Source: Pontimonas sp. (GTDB taxonomy: Bacteria > Actinomycetota > Actinomycetes > Actinomycetales > Microbacteriaceae). From it: DNA of 64,000 nt. The notes below the pieces were generated by a model. The model worked only from the letters and a program-made list of their open reading frames with translations. It was not told where the DNA came from and did not search any database. The stretch covers positions 11,818-75,817 of the forward strand of contig CBFHPU010000005.1 in assembly GCA_965657845.1 (NCBI GenBank), read 5' to 3'. Of the stretch, positions 1 through 10,454 are shown piece after piece. Numbering within the stretch: the stretch's first letter is position 1; the number at the start of each line of letters is the position of its first letter. Position numbers and translations under genes: made by a program.

Positions 1-417
1 CTGTTGCTGCGGGATTTACCCCCAGAGCCCGGTGGGTTTGTCTCAGATATTGCTTTTCCCAATGAAGTCATCCACGTCGTCATCCCGGCATACCTGGTGC
101 TGGACTGGATTCTCAGTCCACACGGTGCCGCACTTCCGTGGCGTTCGATGGCGTGGGGGCTTGTCTACCCGCTTGGATGGTTGGGCGGGACACTGATGCG
201 GGGCGAGCTCGGCGGCTGGTACCCCTACGCCTTTCTCAATCCCGGCAACCCCGCAGGGTGGTCGGGCGTGGGCACACACGTCTTAGGTATCGCGGTGTTC
301 ATTACTGCCCTGTTGGCAGCAGGCCTCATGCTAAACCGGCTGTATTGTCGACTGCGCTCCGCTCGGGCGATGACACAGTCTGCGGGACTACCCGCGGATT
401 TCTCCTCGAGCCTCTAA
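1..417 (+). CDS. Integral membrane protein, Pr6Pr/AIG1-like (tentative). C-terminal part only; the N-terminus lies outside the window.
   Basis: The ORF is in frame from nt 1 with no upstream stop. It has hydrophobic helices (VIPAYLVLDWIL, GIAVFITALLAAGLML) and a WYPYAFLNP block typical of this actinobacterial membrane family. Confidence 0.55.
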   Translation: MLLRDLPPEPGGFVSDIAFPNEVIHVVIPAYLVLDWILSPHGAALPWRSMAWGLVYPLGWLGGTLMRGELGGWYPYAFLNPGNPAGWSGVGTHVLGIAVFITALLAAGLMLNRLYCRLRSARAMTQSAGLPADFSSSL

Positions 418-2532
418 GGCTTGGATGAGGAGGTTTCCGAGCGCTGCTTCCTGCATCGTGCCTTCCACAGTGCTGGCCTCTTCATCCCCATCGAGGGCTC
501 GGAGAGCTAAACCAGATTTTTGGTCGATGAGTTCAGCGATGCGCTGATCGACTGTCTGTGCGGCCACAATCCGCCAGGCCGTCACGGGCACATTTTGGCC
601 AATTCGGTGGACCCGGTCGATGGCTTGGGTTTGTTCCGCGCTGGTCCAACTGAGCTCCGCGAGGACCACGTTGGAGGCTGCTTGAAGGTTAACGCCGACA
701 CCTGCGGCGGTGAGGGAACAGACAATGACACCCACCGTTTCGTCGGTAGTGAACCGGTCAATGGCGTCTTGGCGCACCTGACTGGTCTGGTCACCACGAA
801 TTTGGGTGGGGTTGAAACCTTTGTCGACAAAGTGTTGGTAGGCCACATCGAGCACGTCGATGTGTTTGGCGAAGAAGACAACCTTGCCGACGTTTCTCGC
901 CAGTTGAGCGGTGTAATCAGCAGCCATCAACGCTTTGGCTTTACCAATTGTGCGCACCAAGGCGAACACGTTTTGTGAACTGTCGTCTTGCTTAGACTCT
1001 TCGATCTCTGAGTGACAGACCAAGCGAACCAAATCGGTATCGATTGTGGGTGTCGGTGTTCCCCGGGCGGCCACCACCCGGTCGTAACGGGCCATCAGGC
1101 GCTCCACCAGTGCACGCTCCGCGTCCCGAATAGAGCGACCCGCCTCGTCGTCCAACTCGACCGGAATATCGGCAATACGACGGGCAGGAATATCGCCCGC
1201 AACGTCTTCTTTTCGACGACGAACAATGCCCATCGAAATCACTGCCCGCCTGGCTTCGGCAAAGAACCCAGGATCGACCGGTGTGAGGCCCGTGTTTTCC
1301 AATTTGGCCATCAACTCGGTCAGCGGTTTCTTATCGTCAATCCACCCCAAAAACTGCCAAATCATTCGAAAGTCTTCGATTTGGTTGATCAGCGGTGTTC
1401 CCGTGAGGGCCACCAAGAGGGGGTGTCCGAGCCTCGCCCGAATAGTGCCCGCCACGGCTTGAACCATTTTGGAACGCTGTGATTCGCGATTTTTGATGAA
1501 GTGGGCTTCGTCAACGACCATGCCTCGGAAATCAAACTTTGACAGCCAGCCAACGTGTCGATCGAGAATGTCGTAGTTCACAATGAACACTTCACTAAAA
1601 GCATCCAATTCGCCGCCATCACCGTGAACAACGGTGGCACGACGGCCGGGAATCCATTTCTCGACCTCCCGAGCCCAGTTCGTTTTCACCACGTTGGGCA
1701 CCACGACAAGGAGTGGGAAGGCCTCGGCGACTTCGGCAGCCATCAACGCTTGAGCGGTCTTACCCAGACCAGGCTCATCGGCGAGGAGGAATGTGCGGTG
1801 ACCCGCTTTCGCGGCCTCCACAAAGCTCGATTGGTGGGGCATCAATTCGATGCCCCCGGGTGTGGAAAGGCCAGCCGGTTCAGGCAACTCCATACTCGCC
1901 GCGCCACCACCGGAGCCCTGTTCGAACGCTCTAAAGAGTGGTTCGATCAGCTCCCAGTTGACCAGTCGTCCTTCGGCGCGCCCAGTGGACTGGGCGTAGG
2001 CCGCGAAATCGGGGGCCATAAAAGGGTTGGCCAACTGTGCTTGACGCACCGACTGGGGCACCACCTGTTTTGCCGCCTCGGGGCTGGGTGTTTCCACCCG
2101 ATCCACAATGATGAGCTCTTCGGGGGCGAGCTGGGCGCCACTGGCGAGAAGGAAATCGCGTCGAAGCCGCTTCGCGGCTTCCGACACTTTTGCTTCAGGC
2201 GCCAACAGGGCAATCAGGCTGGTGTCTTTGGCCGCGGTTTTTGCCATGATGGCCGCCAAACCATCCAGGCGTTTGAGTACCTCGGCGCGTTCTTGGGGTG
2301 ATACTTCAGCGTCATCTTTGACACGGTTTCGCTCTTCACGCACGAGAAGTGCGGCGACCTGGAACTTTGTGCGGTTTTGGGCGTTGACTTTGCCTCTCGC
2401 CGCTTGCGATTCGACCTCACGCACAGCCCGCGCGAGCACGGGGATAATGCCCTCGTCATCTAAGGGGCGCCTGCGCGATTTCGACTTTGAGCCGTTGCGC
2501 GACGCCGTTTTCGCGGCACCTGTGTGGGCCAT
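388..2532 (-). CDS. SNF2-family DEAD/DEAH-box helicase
   Basis: Motif I is LLADEPGLGKTAQAL and motif II is VVDEAHFIKN. The helicase-C block reads LTAAGVGVNLQAASNVVL...DRVHRIGQ. I moved the start from the track ORF (2565) to ATG 2532, which lies 5 nt downstream of AAGGAG. Confidence 0.85.
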   Translation of the reverse strand: MAHTGAAKTASRNGSKSKSRRRPLDDEGIIPVLARAVREVESQAARGKVNAQNRTKFQVAALLVREERNRVKDDAEVSPQERAEVLKRLDGLAAIMAKTAAKDTSLIALLAPEAKVSEAAKRLRRDFLLASGAQLAPEELIIVDRVETPSPEAAKQVVPQSVRQAQLANPFMAPDFAAYAQSTGRAEGRLVNWELIEPLFRAFEQGSGGGAASMELPEPAGLSTPGGIELMPHQSSFVEAAKAGHRTFLLADEPGLGKTAQALMAAEVAEAFPLLVVVPNVVKTNWAREVEKWIPGRRATVVHGDGGELDAFSEVFIVNYDILDRHVGWLSKFDFRGMVVDEAHFIKNRESQRSKMVQAVAGTIRARLGHPLLVALTGTPLINQIEDFRMIWQFLGWIDDKKPLTELMAKLENTGLTPVDPGFFAEARRAVISMGIVRRRKEDVAGDIPARRIADIPVELDDEAGRSIRDAERALVERLMARYDRVVAARGTPTPTIDTDLVRLVCHSEIEESKQDDSSQNVFALVRTIGKAKALMAADYTAQLARNVGKVVFFAKHIDVLDVAYQHFVDKGFNPTQIRGDQTSQVRQDAIDRFTTDETVGVIVCSLTAAGVGVNLQAASNVVLAELSWTSAEQTQAIDRVHRIGQNVPVTAWRIVAAQTVDQRIAELIDQKSGLALRALDGDEEASTVEGTMQEAALGNLLIQALEARGEIRG

Positions 2533-2638
2533 GCATCTCCTTGTGTTGCACCGTGACACCACCAACGAACCGAGAAACGCTCTCTCTGGGTGTCCTCACG
2601 CCCACCAGACCCGGCAACAACCGGTGATGAGCTCTCCC

Positions 2639-4138
2639 CTACTCTAGCGGGTTGCCAGCAGATGCCGCCACTTGGGGTTCATCCTGATAGGCCTCAGCTT
2701 TTCGGGCAAGACCTCTGGCCATTCCTTCAAACACAATCCCGTGGAAAGGCATCACGGCCAACCAGTAAAGCCGACCGCCTAATCCGTGGGGGAAAAAGGT
2801 GGCGCGTTGGGTGAGGATACTTCCCCCCGACTCGGCCTCGTCAACCTGGAACTCTAACCACGCCAAGCCAGGAAGTTTCATTTCGGCGCGCAGTCGGACC
2901 AGGTGTCCGGCTTCTACGCGCTCAACCCGCCAGAAGTCGAGAGCGTCTCCGGTGACAAGATGATCGGCGTCGCGACGGCCCCGCCGAAGCCCCACACCCC
3001 CCACTAGTTTGTCGATGAAACCCCGTAGCGCCCACGCCCCCGGCAGGGAATACCAGCCATTGTCGCCGCCGATTGATTCCACTGCCCGAAACAAGTCGGT
3101 AGTGCTGGCCTCAGACTCGACCGTGCGCACATCGGTGTACACGGTGTGGCCCGACCATTCGGGGTCGGTGGGAAGGGGGTCTTGTGGTGCACCAGCAATC
3201 TGAGCGTCACGCCACGAGGTTTCGACTTCGCCCGCACGCATTTTGCCCAAAGCCAGTCGAACGGCTTTGCGGTAGCCGATAAGGCCTTCTGGGGGCGGAG
3301 CGATGATGTCGTCAATGTCGTGGTTTTTCATCACCGCGTCGTGTAGCAGGGATTCGATGATGGGAACCGCAAGCGACCGGGGAATGGGGGTGACGAGGTT
3401 GACCCACTGCGAGGCCAACCAGGGGGTGAGTACCGGCAGGGCGGCAATCGGGCGCTGGCTGAGCCCCGCCTCCAGCGCGTAGCCGTTCATTAGTTGGCCG
3501 TAGCGAAACACATCCGGTCCCCCAATATCGAAACCACGGTTGATTGAGGGATCGATCGATGCGGCCTTGATCAGGTAGTGCAGCACGTCTCGGATGGCAA
3601 TGGGTTGGATAAAGTTCCGCACCCATTTGGGTGCGGGCATATAGGGGAGTACTTCGGTGAGGTGTCGAATCATTTCAAAACTGGCCGAACCGGAACCAAT
3701 AATCACTCCGGCTCTCAACACAATGGTGGGGACCCCGGAGGCTAAGAGCACTTCGCCCACTTCTTTTCTGGAGGCTAAGTGCGTCGATAGCGGGCCTGCG
3801 GGGTGTAGCCCACCCAAATAGACGATGCGGGATACCTGGTGTTTTGCGGCTTGCCTGGCCACTATGTGCGCGATTTCTCGCTCCACACTGGCGAAATCGT
3901 CAGCGTGGCTCATCGAGTGGACCAAGTAGTAGACGATGTCTTGGCCTGTCACCGCATTGGCTACCGCATCTTCATCACGCAGATCGCCCACGAACACTGT
4001 CACCTGGGAGCGCCATGGCACGTCGTCTAAACGATGGGCGTCTCGCACAATCACACTGACCTCGAAGCCCTGCTCGAGCAGGCGCGGGACGAGTCGCCCA
4101 CCGACGTAACCTGATGCACCAGTGACTAACGCTTTCAC
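2639..4138 (-). CDS. NAD(P)H-binding SDR/NmrA-like protein with a C-terminal DUF2867-like domain
   Basis: The N-terminal Rossmann motif is MKALVTGASGYVGGRL. The 499-aa two-domain layout is typical of SDR plus DUF2867 fusions. Confidence 0.8.
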   Translation of the reverse strand: MKALVTGASGYVGGRLVPRLLEQGFEVSVIVRDAHRLDDVPWRSQVTVFVGDLRDEDAVANAVTGQDIVYYLVHSMSHADDFASVEREIAHIVARQAAKHQVSRIVYLGGLHPAGPLSTHLASRKEVGEVLLASGVPTIVLRAGVIIGSGSASFEMIRHLTEVLPYMPAPKWVRNFIQPIAIRDVLHYLIKAASIDPSINRGFDIGGPDVFRYGQLMNGYALEAGLSQRPIAALPVLTPWLASQWVNLVTPIPRSLAVPIIESLLHDAVMKNHDIDDIIAPPPEGLIGYRKAVRLALGKMRAGEVETSWRDAQIAGAPQDPLPTDPEWSGHTVYTDVRTVESEASTTDLFRAVESIGGDNGWYSLPGAWALRGFIDKLVGGVGLRRGRRDADHLVTGDALDFWRVERVEAGHLVRLRAEMKLPGLAWLEFQVDEAESGGSILTQRATFFPHGLGGRLYWLAVMPFHGIVFEGMARGLARKAEAYQDEPQVAASAGNPLE

Positions 4139-4211
4139 CCTCCACAGCGTATGCCCCTCACGTCCACACTGGCCGAGAGTCTTTCCGCTGTGGAGTGACT
4201 ACCATCGGGGC

Positions 4212-5114
4212 GTGGACACAGCGTTAGTTCGACAGTGGTATTCGACCCATCAGCGTGACCTGCCGTGGCGGGCTGAAGGCATTTCGGCGTGGCAGATTCT
4301 GATCAGTGAAGTGATGTTGCAACAAACTCCGGTGGCCAGAGTGATTCCCGCCTGGCAGGCGTGGTGTGAGAGATGGCCAGACGCTCACTCTTTGAGCGAG
4401 GCTTCCCTCGGTGAGGTGCTCTCCCAGTGGAACCGCCTGGGGTACCCCAGGCGGGCAAAAAATATGCACCAGACCGCACAGATTGTGGCCAAAGACTATG
4501 GGGGTGAACTCCCCCGGGATGTGGAGTCGTTAGAAACACTGCCCGGCATTGGCACCTACACGGCCAGAGCGATTGCCTGTTTTGCCTACGGCGTTCCCGT
4601 CCCAGTAGTCGACACCAACGTGAAACGGGTCGTTGCCCGGGTGGAGGACGGCGATCAGGCGGCCGGTCACTGGAGTGTGGGTTTTGGTTTAGACCGGGTC
4701 GATCAGGTGAGTGCCACGGCTAGTGCGACAGATTATTGCCAGACCCAGCGCGGGTTAATGGAACTTGGAGCATTGGTCTGCACAGCCAGAAGCCCGAAGT
4801 GTGACCAATGCCCCCTCCAACACAGCTGTCGGTGGAAAGCAGAGGGTTACCCGGAGGACCCTTCGGTGAAACCGCGCGTGCAAGCACGCTATGAAGGCAG
4901 TGACCGCCAAGTTCGGGGCATCATCCTCGGTTGGCTACGAGACAATCCGGAGTCGCTCGAGCATGACACCCTGGAGAGCCTTTGGCCGCAGGCCACACAG
5001 CGCATGCGGGCAGTGGAGTCGCTGGTTCGAGACGGTTTAATCCAGCGCGACAGCCGCGCAGACGGCGAAGAGAGTTTTAGCCTTTCGTGGCAGCAGCCCG
5101 GTCGCGGCGAATAA
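4212..5114 (+). CDS. mutY: A/G-specific adenine DNA glycosylase
   Basis: The sequence shows WYSTHQRDLPWR, an HhH-GPD region (LPGIGTYTARAI) and a 4Fe-4S cluster loop CTARSPKCDQCPLQHSC. The track ORF starts at 4122 and would overlap the divergent SDR gene. GTG 4212 gives the usual N-terminus, but the start is uncertain. Confidence 0.85.
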   Translation: MDTALVRQWYSTHQRDLPWRAEGISAWQILISEVMLQQTPVARVIPAWQAWCERWPDAHSLSEASLGEVLSQWNRLGYPRRAKNMHQTAQIVAKDYGGELPRDVESLETLPGIGTYTARAIACFAYGVPVPVVDTNVKRVVARVEDGDQAAGHWSVGFGLDRVDQVSATASATDYCQTQRGLMELGALVCTARSPKCDQCPLQHSCRWKAEGYPEDPSVKPRVQARYEGSDRQVRGIILGWLRDNPESLEHDTLESLWPQATQRMRAVESLVRDGLIQRDSRADGEESFSLSWQQPGRGE

Positions 5115-5865
5115 TCTCCCGCATACCTTCAATCGCTACCGGTAAGGCGTGTTCCACTTTGGACGCTTCCCACTCTTCTGGGGTCATTGGTGACTGGTCA
5201 GGGTGACCCATGATCATCATGATGCCGGTCGCACGAACCCCCAACACTTGGGCGGTGATGTATAAACCGGCGGCTTCCATTTCCGAACAAATGGCGCCAC
5301 CCGCCATCCAGGCGTCCCAGCGCTCTTGAAGCCTTTTGGCGACGGGCATGCGCTCTGGCGAATGCTGACCGTAGAAAGAGTCCTTGGACTGGCTGACGCC
5401 TAAGTGCACCCTCAGACCACTGTCGTGGGCGGCCTGCCACAGAGCCTGAGTGATGGGAAAATCCGCCACAGCCGGAAATTCGATGGGTAAGTAGTGGCTG
5501 GTTGTGCCCTCGTCGCGAATCGCGGCGGTAATCACCCCTAAATCACCGGGGGCGATGTGAGGTTGCATAGAACCGGAAGTGCCCACCCGCATAAACGTGT
5601 CGGCGCCTACGTTGACGAGTTCTTCCATCGCAATCACCGCTGAAGGACAACCGATACCGGTGGAGGTCACAGAAACCTTTTCGCCATCCAAATACCCGGT
5701 CCACGTTTCGTATTCGCGGTGTCTGGAGACAAAAGCGGGAGAGTCAAAATACTGAGCAATCATTTCGCAGCGGCCAGGATCGCCGGGGAGAAAAACGTAT
5801 CGACCGACGTCGCCTTTGCCCACCTCAATGTGATACTCGCGGGCATCATCGCGTTCCATAGACAT
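5077..5865 (-). CDS. Nucleoside phosphorylase, PNP/UDP family (uridine phosphorylase-like)
   Basis: The blocks GDPGRCEMIAQYF, STGIGCPSAVIAMEEL, RVGTSGS and SEMEAAGLY match the PNP_UDP_1 fold. Confidence 0.8.
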   Translation of the reverse strand: MSMERDDAREYHIEVGKGDVGRYVFLPGDPGRCEMIAQYFDSPAFVSRHREYETWTGYLDGEKVSVTSTGIGCPSAVIAMEELVNVGADTFMRVGTSGSMQPHIAPGDLGVITAAIRDEGTTSHYLPIEFPAVADFPITQALWQAAHDSGLRVHLGVSQSKDSFYGQHSPERMPVAKRLQERWDAWMAGGAICSEMEAAGLYITAQVLGVRATGIMMIMGHPDQSPMTPEEWEASKVEHALPVAIEGMREIIRRDRAAATKG

Positions 5866-5882
5866 TTGGGCCTCTCCTCTTT

Positions 5883-6320
5883 CTAGCGAGCCGAGTCGTC
5901 AGCATCTTCAGACCGATATGGATCAGCATCCCCGGCTGGTTGTGCTCCAGCGGCGACATCGCGCAACTGCTCATCGCGTTGCTTCGCCTCATCCAACAGC
6001 CGGTCAATGTCTTCAACCGTGCCGGGCAAAGCATCCAAAACAAACTCAAGAGTGGGCACCAACCGCACCCTCATGTGCCGACCAACCTCAGTGCGCAACA
6101 TTCCTGTGGCGCGGGCGAGTGCTTTGCCGCTGGCTTCGCGCTCGTCGTCGGTTCCCAACACCGTGTAAAACACGGTGGCGTGTTGGAGATCACCCGTGAC
6201 TTTCACGTCAGTGATTGTCACGTACCCCATGTCGGGGTCGCGAAGCCCCTTTTGGAGCCTTTCGGCGAGGACTCGGTGGATCTGGTCCGCCATTTTCCTC
6301 ACCCGGGGTGAATTACTCAC
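5883..6320 (-). CDS. rbfA: Ribosome-binding factor A
   Basis: The sequence [17 protein letters not shown]...[19 protein letters not shown] is RbfA-like. The gene overlaps the infB stop by 8 nt, which is the conserved infB-rbfA order. Confidence 0.9.
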   Translation of the reverse strand: MSNSPRVRKMADQIHRVLAERLQKGLRDPDMGYVTITDVKVTGDLQHATVFYTVLGTDDEREASGKALARATGMLRTEVGRHMRVRLVPTLEFVLDALPGTVEDIDRLLDEAKQRDEQLRDVAAGAQPAGDADPYRSEDADDSAR

Positions 6321-8949
6321 GGACCTTCTCTTTCATCTCGATGGTTTCGACCTCATCGCCCACCTCGATGTCTTTAATTTTGCCCAAGCCGATACCGCAT
6401 TCGTAGTCGGTCTTCACTTCGGTGACGTCATCCTTGAATCGACGCAGCGACTCGATGGCTAAACCGTCGGCAATCACCACACCGTCGCGAATGATGCGAG
6501 CCTTGGCGTTGCGGGTGATGGTGCCCGAGCGGACAATACACCCCGCAATTGTTCCGGCTTTGGAGGAGCGGAATATCTCGCGCACCTCGGCCACACCGGA
6601 TTGCACCTCTTCGAATTCGGGTTTGAGCATGCCCTTGAGTGAGCTTTCGATTTCGTCCAAGGCGTTGTAAATGACCGAGTAGAACCGAATATCGACACCT
6701 TCGCGGGTCGCACGCTCCCTCGCTTTGGTGTCGGGGCGCACATTGAACCCGAGGATGATGGCGTTGTCGATGGTCGCCAAGTTCACATCGGATTCGGTAA
6801 TGGCACCAACTCCGCGGTGAATGATGCGCAGTTGAACCGTGTCGTCGACTTCGATCTTCAAAAGCGATTCCTCCAGAGCCTCAACAGCACCCGAGACATC
6901 ACCCTTGATGATGAGGTTCAGCGATTCAATCTTGCCGTCCTCGAGAGCCTTGGTGAAGTCTTCAAGGCTGATGCGCTTACGAGCCTTCGCCAGCTGAGCG
7001 TTACGCTCAGCGGCTTCACGCTTTTCGGCAATCTGGCGAGCAGTGCGGTCATCGTCGGTGACGATGAACGAATCGCCAGCCCGAGGCACGCTGGAGAGAC
7101 CCTGGACTTGAACGGGCCTTGAGGGCATTGCCTCTTCGATGTGTTCACCGTGTTCGTCAACCATCGCCCGGACGCGTCCGTAGGCGGTTCCGGTGACAAT
7201 CGCGTCACCCACGCGCAGTGTTCCCGACTGAATGAGCACGGTCGCTACAGAACCGCGGCCCTTATCGAGCTTAGCTTCGATGGCCACACCACGGGCTTGA
7301 CGATTGGGGTTTGCCCTCAAGTCCAACCCAGCGTCAGCGGTGAGCAACACGGCGTCCAACAGTTCGTTGATGCCCTCACCCTTCAACGCTGAGACGCGGC
7401 GGAACATGGTGTCCCCGCCGTATTCTTCGGCAACCAAGCCATATTCGGTGAGCTGTTGCAGCACCTTGTCGGGGTTGGCCCCCTCGGCGTCGATCTTGTT
7501 GACCGCCACCACGATGGGCACACCCGCTGCTTGAGCGTGGTTCAGCGCTTCGATGGTCTGAGGCATGATGCCGTCATCGGCTGCGACCACCAGGATGGCA
7601 ATGTCGGTGACGTCTGCACCACGCGCCCGCATTGCCGTGAAGGCTTCGTGGCCGGGGGTGTCGATGAAGGTGATGGCCCGTTCAATATCGTCATGCTCGG
7701 TCCACACCTGGTAGGCACCAATGTGCTGGGTGATTCCGCCGGCTTCGCCGGCTGTCACGTCCGCTTTACGGATCGCATCCAACAGTTTCGTTTTACCGTG
7801 ATCGACGTGACCCATGACGGTCACCACAGGTGGGCGAATTTGGAGGTCTTCTTCGTCTTCTTCCACCTCGAAGGCAATATCGAAGCTTTCGAGAAGCTCT
7901 TTGTCTTCATCTTCGAGCGAGACAATTTCGATCTTGTAACCGAGCTCCGCACCTAAGACTTCAAAGGTCGACCCATCCAACGACTCGGTCGCGGTCGCCA
8001 TTTCACCCAGCTGGAACAAGACAGTCACCAGGTTGCCGGGAGGGACGTTCATCCCGGTGAGGGTCTCGAGCTTTTCCGCAAAGTCACTGATTGAGGCACC
8101 CTGACGAAGTCGCACCGGAGTGTCACCATTACCGCGTGGAACACTCACACCACCCAACGAGGGGGCTTCGCGCATTTCAAACTCTTGGCGCTTTGTCCGC
8201 TTCGACTTACGCGACTTGCTCTTCGAGCCTCCGCGACCAAACGCTCCTGCGGTGCCACCACCGGGGCCACGGCCGCGACCGCGCGGACCGCCACCACCGC
8301 CACCAGGACGTGCAGGGCCACCCGCAGCGGGAGGGCCACCAGCACCGGGTCGACCGGGACCACCGGGACGCTGTTGGAAGGGGGGTTTGCTCCCCGGGGC
8401 ACCGCCACGGCTCGGAGCGGCACGGTTTGCCGCTTCGGTCCGCTCCGCGCCCGCGCGAGCGTTCGCCGGAGTGGGGCGACCCATTCCTTGACTGGAGGCG
8501 TAGGGGTTGTTACCGGGCCTGGGCATTCCGGGGCGACCCATCCCTTGGCTGGAGGCAAAGGGGTTGTTACCGGGACGAGGAATTCCCGGTGTGGGAATGG
8601 AGGAAGGTGTTGCGCCACCGGCGTCAGGAGCACCAGGTGCGCCCGGGCTTTCCGGGGCGTCAGCCTTTTCGGGCTCTGGCTCTGGGGCTACTTCGGCCTC
8701 TGGAGCGGGCGCGGGAGCTGCGGGCTTGGGTGCAGGCTTTTTGGGCTCTGCTTTTTTCTGCTCGTCTTTGGGGACAGGGACGACGCCTTCTTCAGCGAAA
8801 GCGGCTTTGAGTTTCCGGGCAACGGGAGGCTCAACCGTCGACGACGGTCCTTTGACGAACTCGCCGATTTCTTTCAGCTTTTCAAGCGTCCGCTTGCTGT
8901 CAATTCCTAGTTCAGCCGCGATTTCGTGAACGCGTGGTTTTGCCGCCAC
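6313..8949 (-). CDS. infB: Translation initiation factor IF-2
   Basis: The G domain has [24 protein letters not shown] and NKID. The N-terminal region is long and Pro/Gly/Ala-rich. The gene follows nusA-ylxR as expected. Confidence 0.97.
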   Translation of the reverse strand: MAAKPRVHEIAAELGIDSKRTLEKLKEIGEFVKGPSSTVEPPVARKLKAAFAEEGVVPVPKDEQKKAEPKKPAPKPAAPAPAPEAEVAPEPEPEKADAPESPGAPGAPDAGGATPSSIPTPGIPRPGNNPFASSQGMGRPGMPRPGNNPYASSQGMGRPTPANARAGAERTEAANRAAPSRGGAPGSKPPFQQRPGGPGRPGAGGPPAAGGPARPGGGGGGPRGRGRGPGGGTAGAFGRGGSKSKSRKSKRTKRQEFEMREAPSLGGVSVPRGNGDTPVRLRQGASISDFAEKLETLTGMNVPPGNLVTVLFQLGEMATATESLDGSTFEVLGAELGYKIEIVSLEDEDKELLESFDIAFEVEEDEEDLQIRPPVVTVMGHVDHGKTKLLDAIRKADVTAGEAGGITQHIGAYQVWTEHDDIERAITFIDTPGHEAFTAMRARGADVTDIAILVVAADDGIMPQTIEALNHAQAAGVPIVVAVNKIDAEGANPDKVLQQLTEYGLVAEEYGGDTMFRRVSALKGEGINELLDAVLLTADAGLDLRANPNRQARGVAIEAKLDKGRGSVATVLIQSGTLRVGDAIVTGTAYGRVRAMVDEHGEHIEEAMPSRPVQVQGLSSVPRAGDSFIVTDDDRTARQIAEKREAAERNAQLAKARKRISLEDFTKALEDGKIESLNLIIKGDVSGAVEALEESLLKIEVDDTVQLRIIHRGVGAITESDVNLATIDNAIILGFNVRPDTKARERATREGVDIRFYSVIYNALDEIESSLKGMLKPEFEEVQSGVAEVREIFRSSKAGTIAGCIVRSGTITRNAKARIIRDGVVIADGLAIESLRRFKDDVTEVKTDYECGIGLGKIKDIEVGDEVETIEMKEKVRE
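8473..8586. repeat. 57-bp tandem duplication (x2) inside the infB N-terminal low-complexity region
   Basis: The units are 8473..8529 and 8530..8586. They encode [19 protein letters not shown] and [19 protein letters not shown]. Confidence 0.85.
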
Positions 8950-9033
8950 AACTCTCCTGTCTGGGTGAACCCCAGGCAGGGCACACCACTATGTCCGAAC
9001 GGGACTCATTTCGAGCCACTCATGAAAGGTCCA

Positions 9034-9309
9034 TTAGCCGTTCAGCCTGTTCTTCTTCGTGTGCTCCTCGTTGTGTACGAGGAGGGTTAGTTCTTCGAGG
9101 TCGAGTCGGGGTTCCTTCAGAGCCCTCGGCCACGCCTTTGTTCGAAGCGATGTCTCGACACACTCTGCGTTGCGGTGAACATAAGCTCCGCGACCCGGAA
9201 GTGTTGCCGAATCATCGAGCACTGCCCGGTTGTTTTCCGCCACGACTCGAAGGAGCAGGTCCTTAGATTCGCGTTGTCGACAGCCCAAACAGCGCCTTAC
9301 TGGCACCAT
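9034..9309 (-). CDS. ylxR: YlxR-family (DUF448) RNA-binding protein
   Basis: The N-terminus is MVPVRRCLGCRQ...LLRVV. The gene lies between nusA and infB, as in other bacteria. Confidence 0.85.
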   Translation of the reverse strand: MVPVRRCLGCRQRESKDLLLRVVAENNRAVLDDSATLPGRGAYVHRNAECVETSLRTKAWPRALKEPRLDLEELTLLVHNEEHTKKNRLNG

Positions 9310-9341
9310 ACTACTCCTCGGACGGGTGGGACCCTCCCGCC

Positions 9342-10352
9342 CTACTCGCCTTCCATCACCGAATCGGGCTGAATGTCGATTTTCGCCCCGGTGAGTTTTG
9401 CGGCCAGGCGGGCGTTTTGCCCCTCTTTTCCGATTGCCAGCGACAGCTGATAGTCGGGAACCAACGCGCGTACTTGCTTGAGTTCTTCGTTGATCACAAA
9501 GGCGCTGCTGACTTTTGCCGGCGAGAGCGCGCTGGCGACAAACGTGGCGAGATCTTCGGAAAAGTCGACAATGTCAATCTTTTCTTCACCCAATTCGGAT
9601 TGCACCGCGCGAACCCGTTGGCCTAACTCGCCAATGCACGCCCCTTTGGCATTCACCCCGGGTACGAGAGCTCGCACAGCGATTTTCGTGCGGTGTCCCG
9701 CTTCGCGGGCAATGGAGGTGATTTCCACCGACCCTTCGCTGATTTCGGGTACTTCCATTTCGAACAAACGCCTCACCAAACCGGGGTGCGTGCGACTGAC
9801 GGTAATGGAAGGCCCTTTAAGGCCTTTGTCTACTTTGGTGACAAAAGTGCGAAGCCGTGTGCCGTGTTCGTAGGCTTCGCCCGGAACTTGCTCCTCCGGC
9901 GGCAACAGTGCTTCGACGTCACCCAAATCAATGTGGATCATCCGGGGGTTTGGGCCCTGTTGGATGATTCCCGAGACAATGTCGCCGTCTTTGCCCCGGT
10001 ATTCACCCAAAATACGGTCATCGCCGATGTCGCGGATGCGCTGGTTGATGACCTGTTTGGCAGCTTGGGCGGCAATACGACCAAAGCCTTCAGGGCTGTC
10101 GACACCTTCACCAATGAGGGTGCCTTCGTCGTCGAGTTCGGGCACAAACACGGTGACGTGACCGGTTTTACGGTCGAGTTCCACGCGGGCTCGAGGCGCA
10201 TCGGGGTCGATGCGTTGCCCCCGATGGTCGGCAAGGCCGGTGTGTTTTTCGTATGCGGTGAGAATGGCCTGTTCGATGATGATGACAAGCTCATCGAAAG
10301 GGATGTCCCGTTCGGATTCCATCAGTTTCAACACACTGAGGTCGATGTCCAC
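9342..10352 (-). CDS. nusA: Transcription termination/antitermination factor NusA
   Basis: The N-terminal domain is followed by an S1 region (GDIVSGIIQQ) and KH regions (ACIGELGQRV, LAIGKEGQNARLAAKLTG). The start is set at GTG 10352, 8 nt after AGGAGG. The track start at 10361 is too close to the RBS. Confidence 0.95.
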   Translation of the reverse strand: MDIDLSVLKLMESERDIPFDELVIIIEQAILTAYEKHTGLADHRGQRIDPDAPRARVELDRKTGHVTVFVPELDDEGTLIGEGVDSPEGFGRIAAQAAKQVINQRIRDIGDDRILGEYRGKDGDIVSGIIQQGPNPRMIHIDLGDVEALLPPEEQVPGEAYEHGTRLRTFVTKVDKGLKGPSITVSRTHPGLVRRLFEMEVPEISEGSVEITSIAREAGHRTKIAVRALVPGVNAKGACIGELGQRVRAVQSELGEEKIDIVDFSEDLATFVASALSPAKVSSAFVINEELKQVRALVPDYQLSLAIGKEGQNARLAAKLTGAKIDIQPDSVMEGE

Positions 10353-10454
10353 GGCACACACCTCCTATTTGATTGTTTTTGTGGGCGGTGATACACATCT
10401 CACCGGTCGACACAGCTTAGCCCCAGCGTCTGTGCACGCGCCAGGACTGTGGGG

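Noticed and set aside
388-2532. The SNF2 helicase as part of a defence system (for example DISARM- or BREX-like)
   Set aside because: No methyltransferase, PLD nuclease, DUF1998 or other partner genes are adjacent. The neighbours are a membrane protein, an SDR protein and mutY. It looks like the stand-alone conserved actinobacterial SNF2 helicase.
2533-2638. The intergenic spacers at 2533..2638, 13392..13502, 48212..48308 and 63363..63451, checked for small RNA genes
   Set aside because: I saw no tRNA-like cloverleaf, no conserved riboswitch core and no strong hairpin in these spacers. Nothing there can be supported from sequence alone.
8091-8929. Several 120-240-aa plus-strand ORFs rich in Pro, Gly and Arg, and a similar Ala/Ser-rich ORF at 38093..38635
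   Set aside because: They mirror the low-complexity repeat regions of infB and rpsP on the opposite strand. Repetitive GC-rich DNA stays open in several frames, so there is no independent coding evidence.
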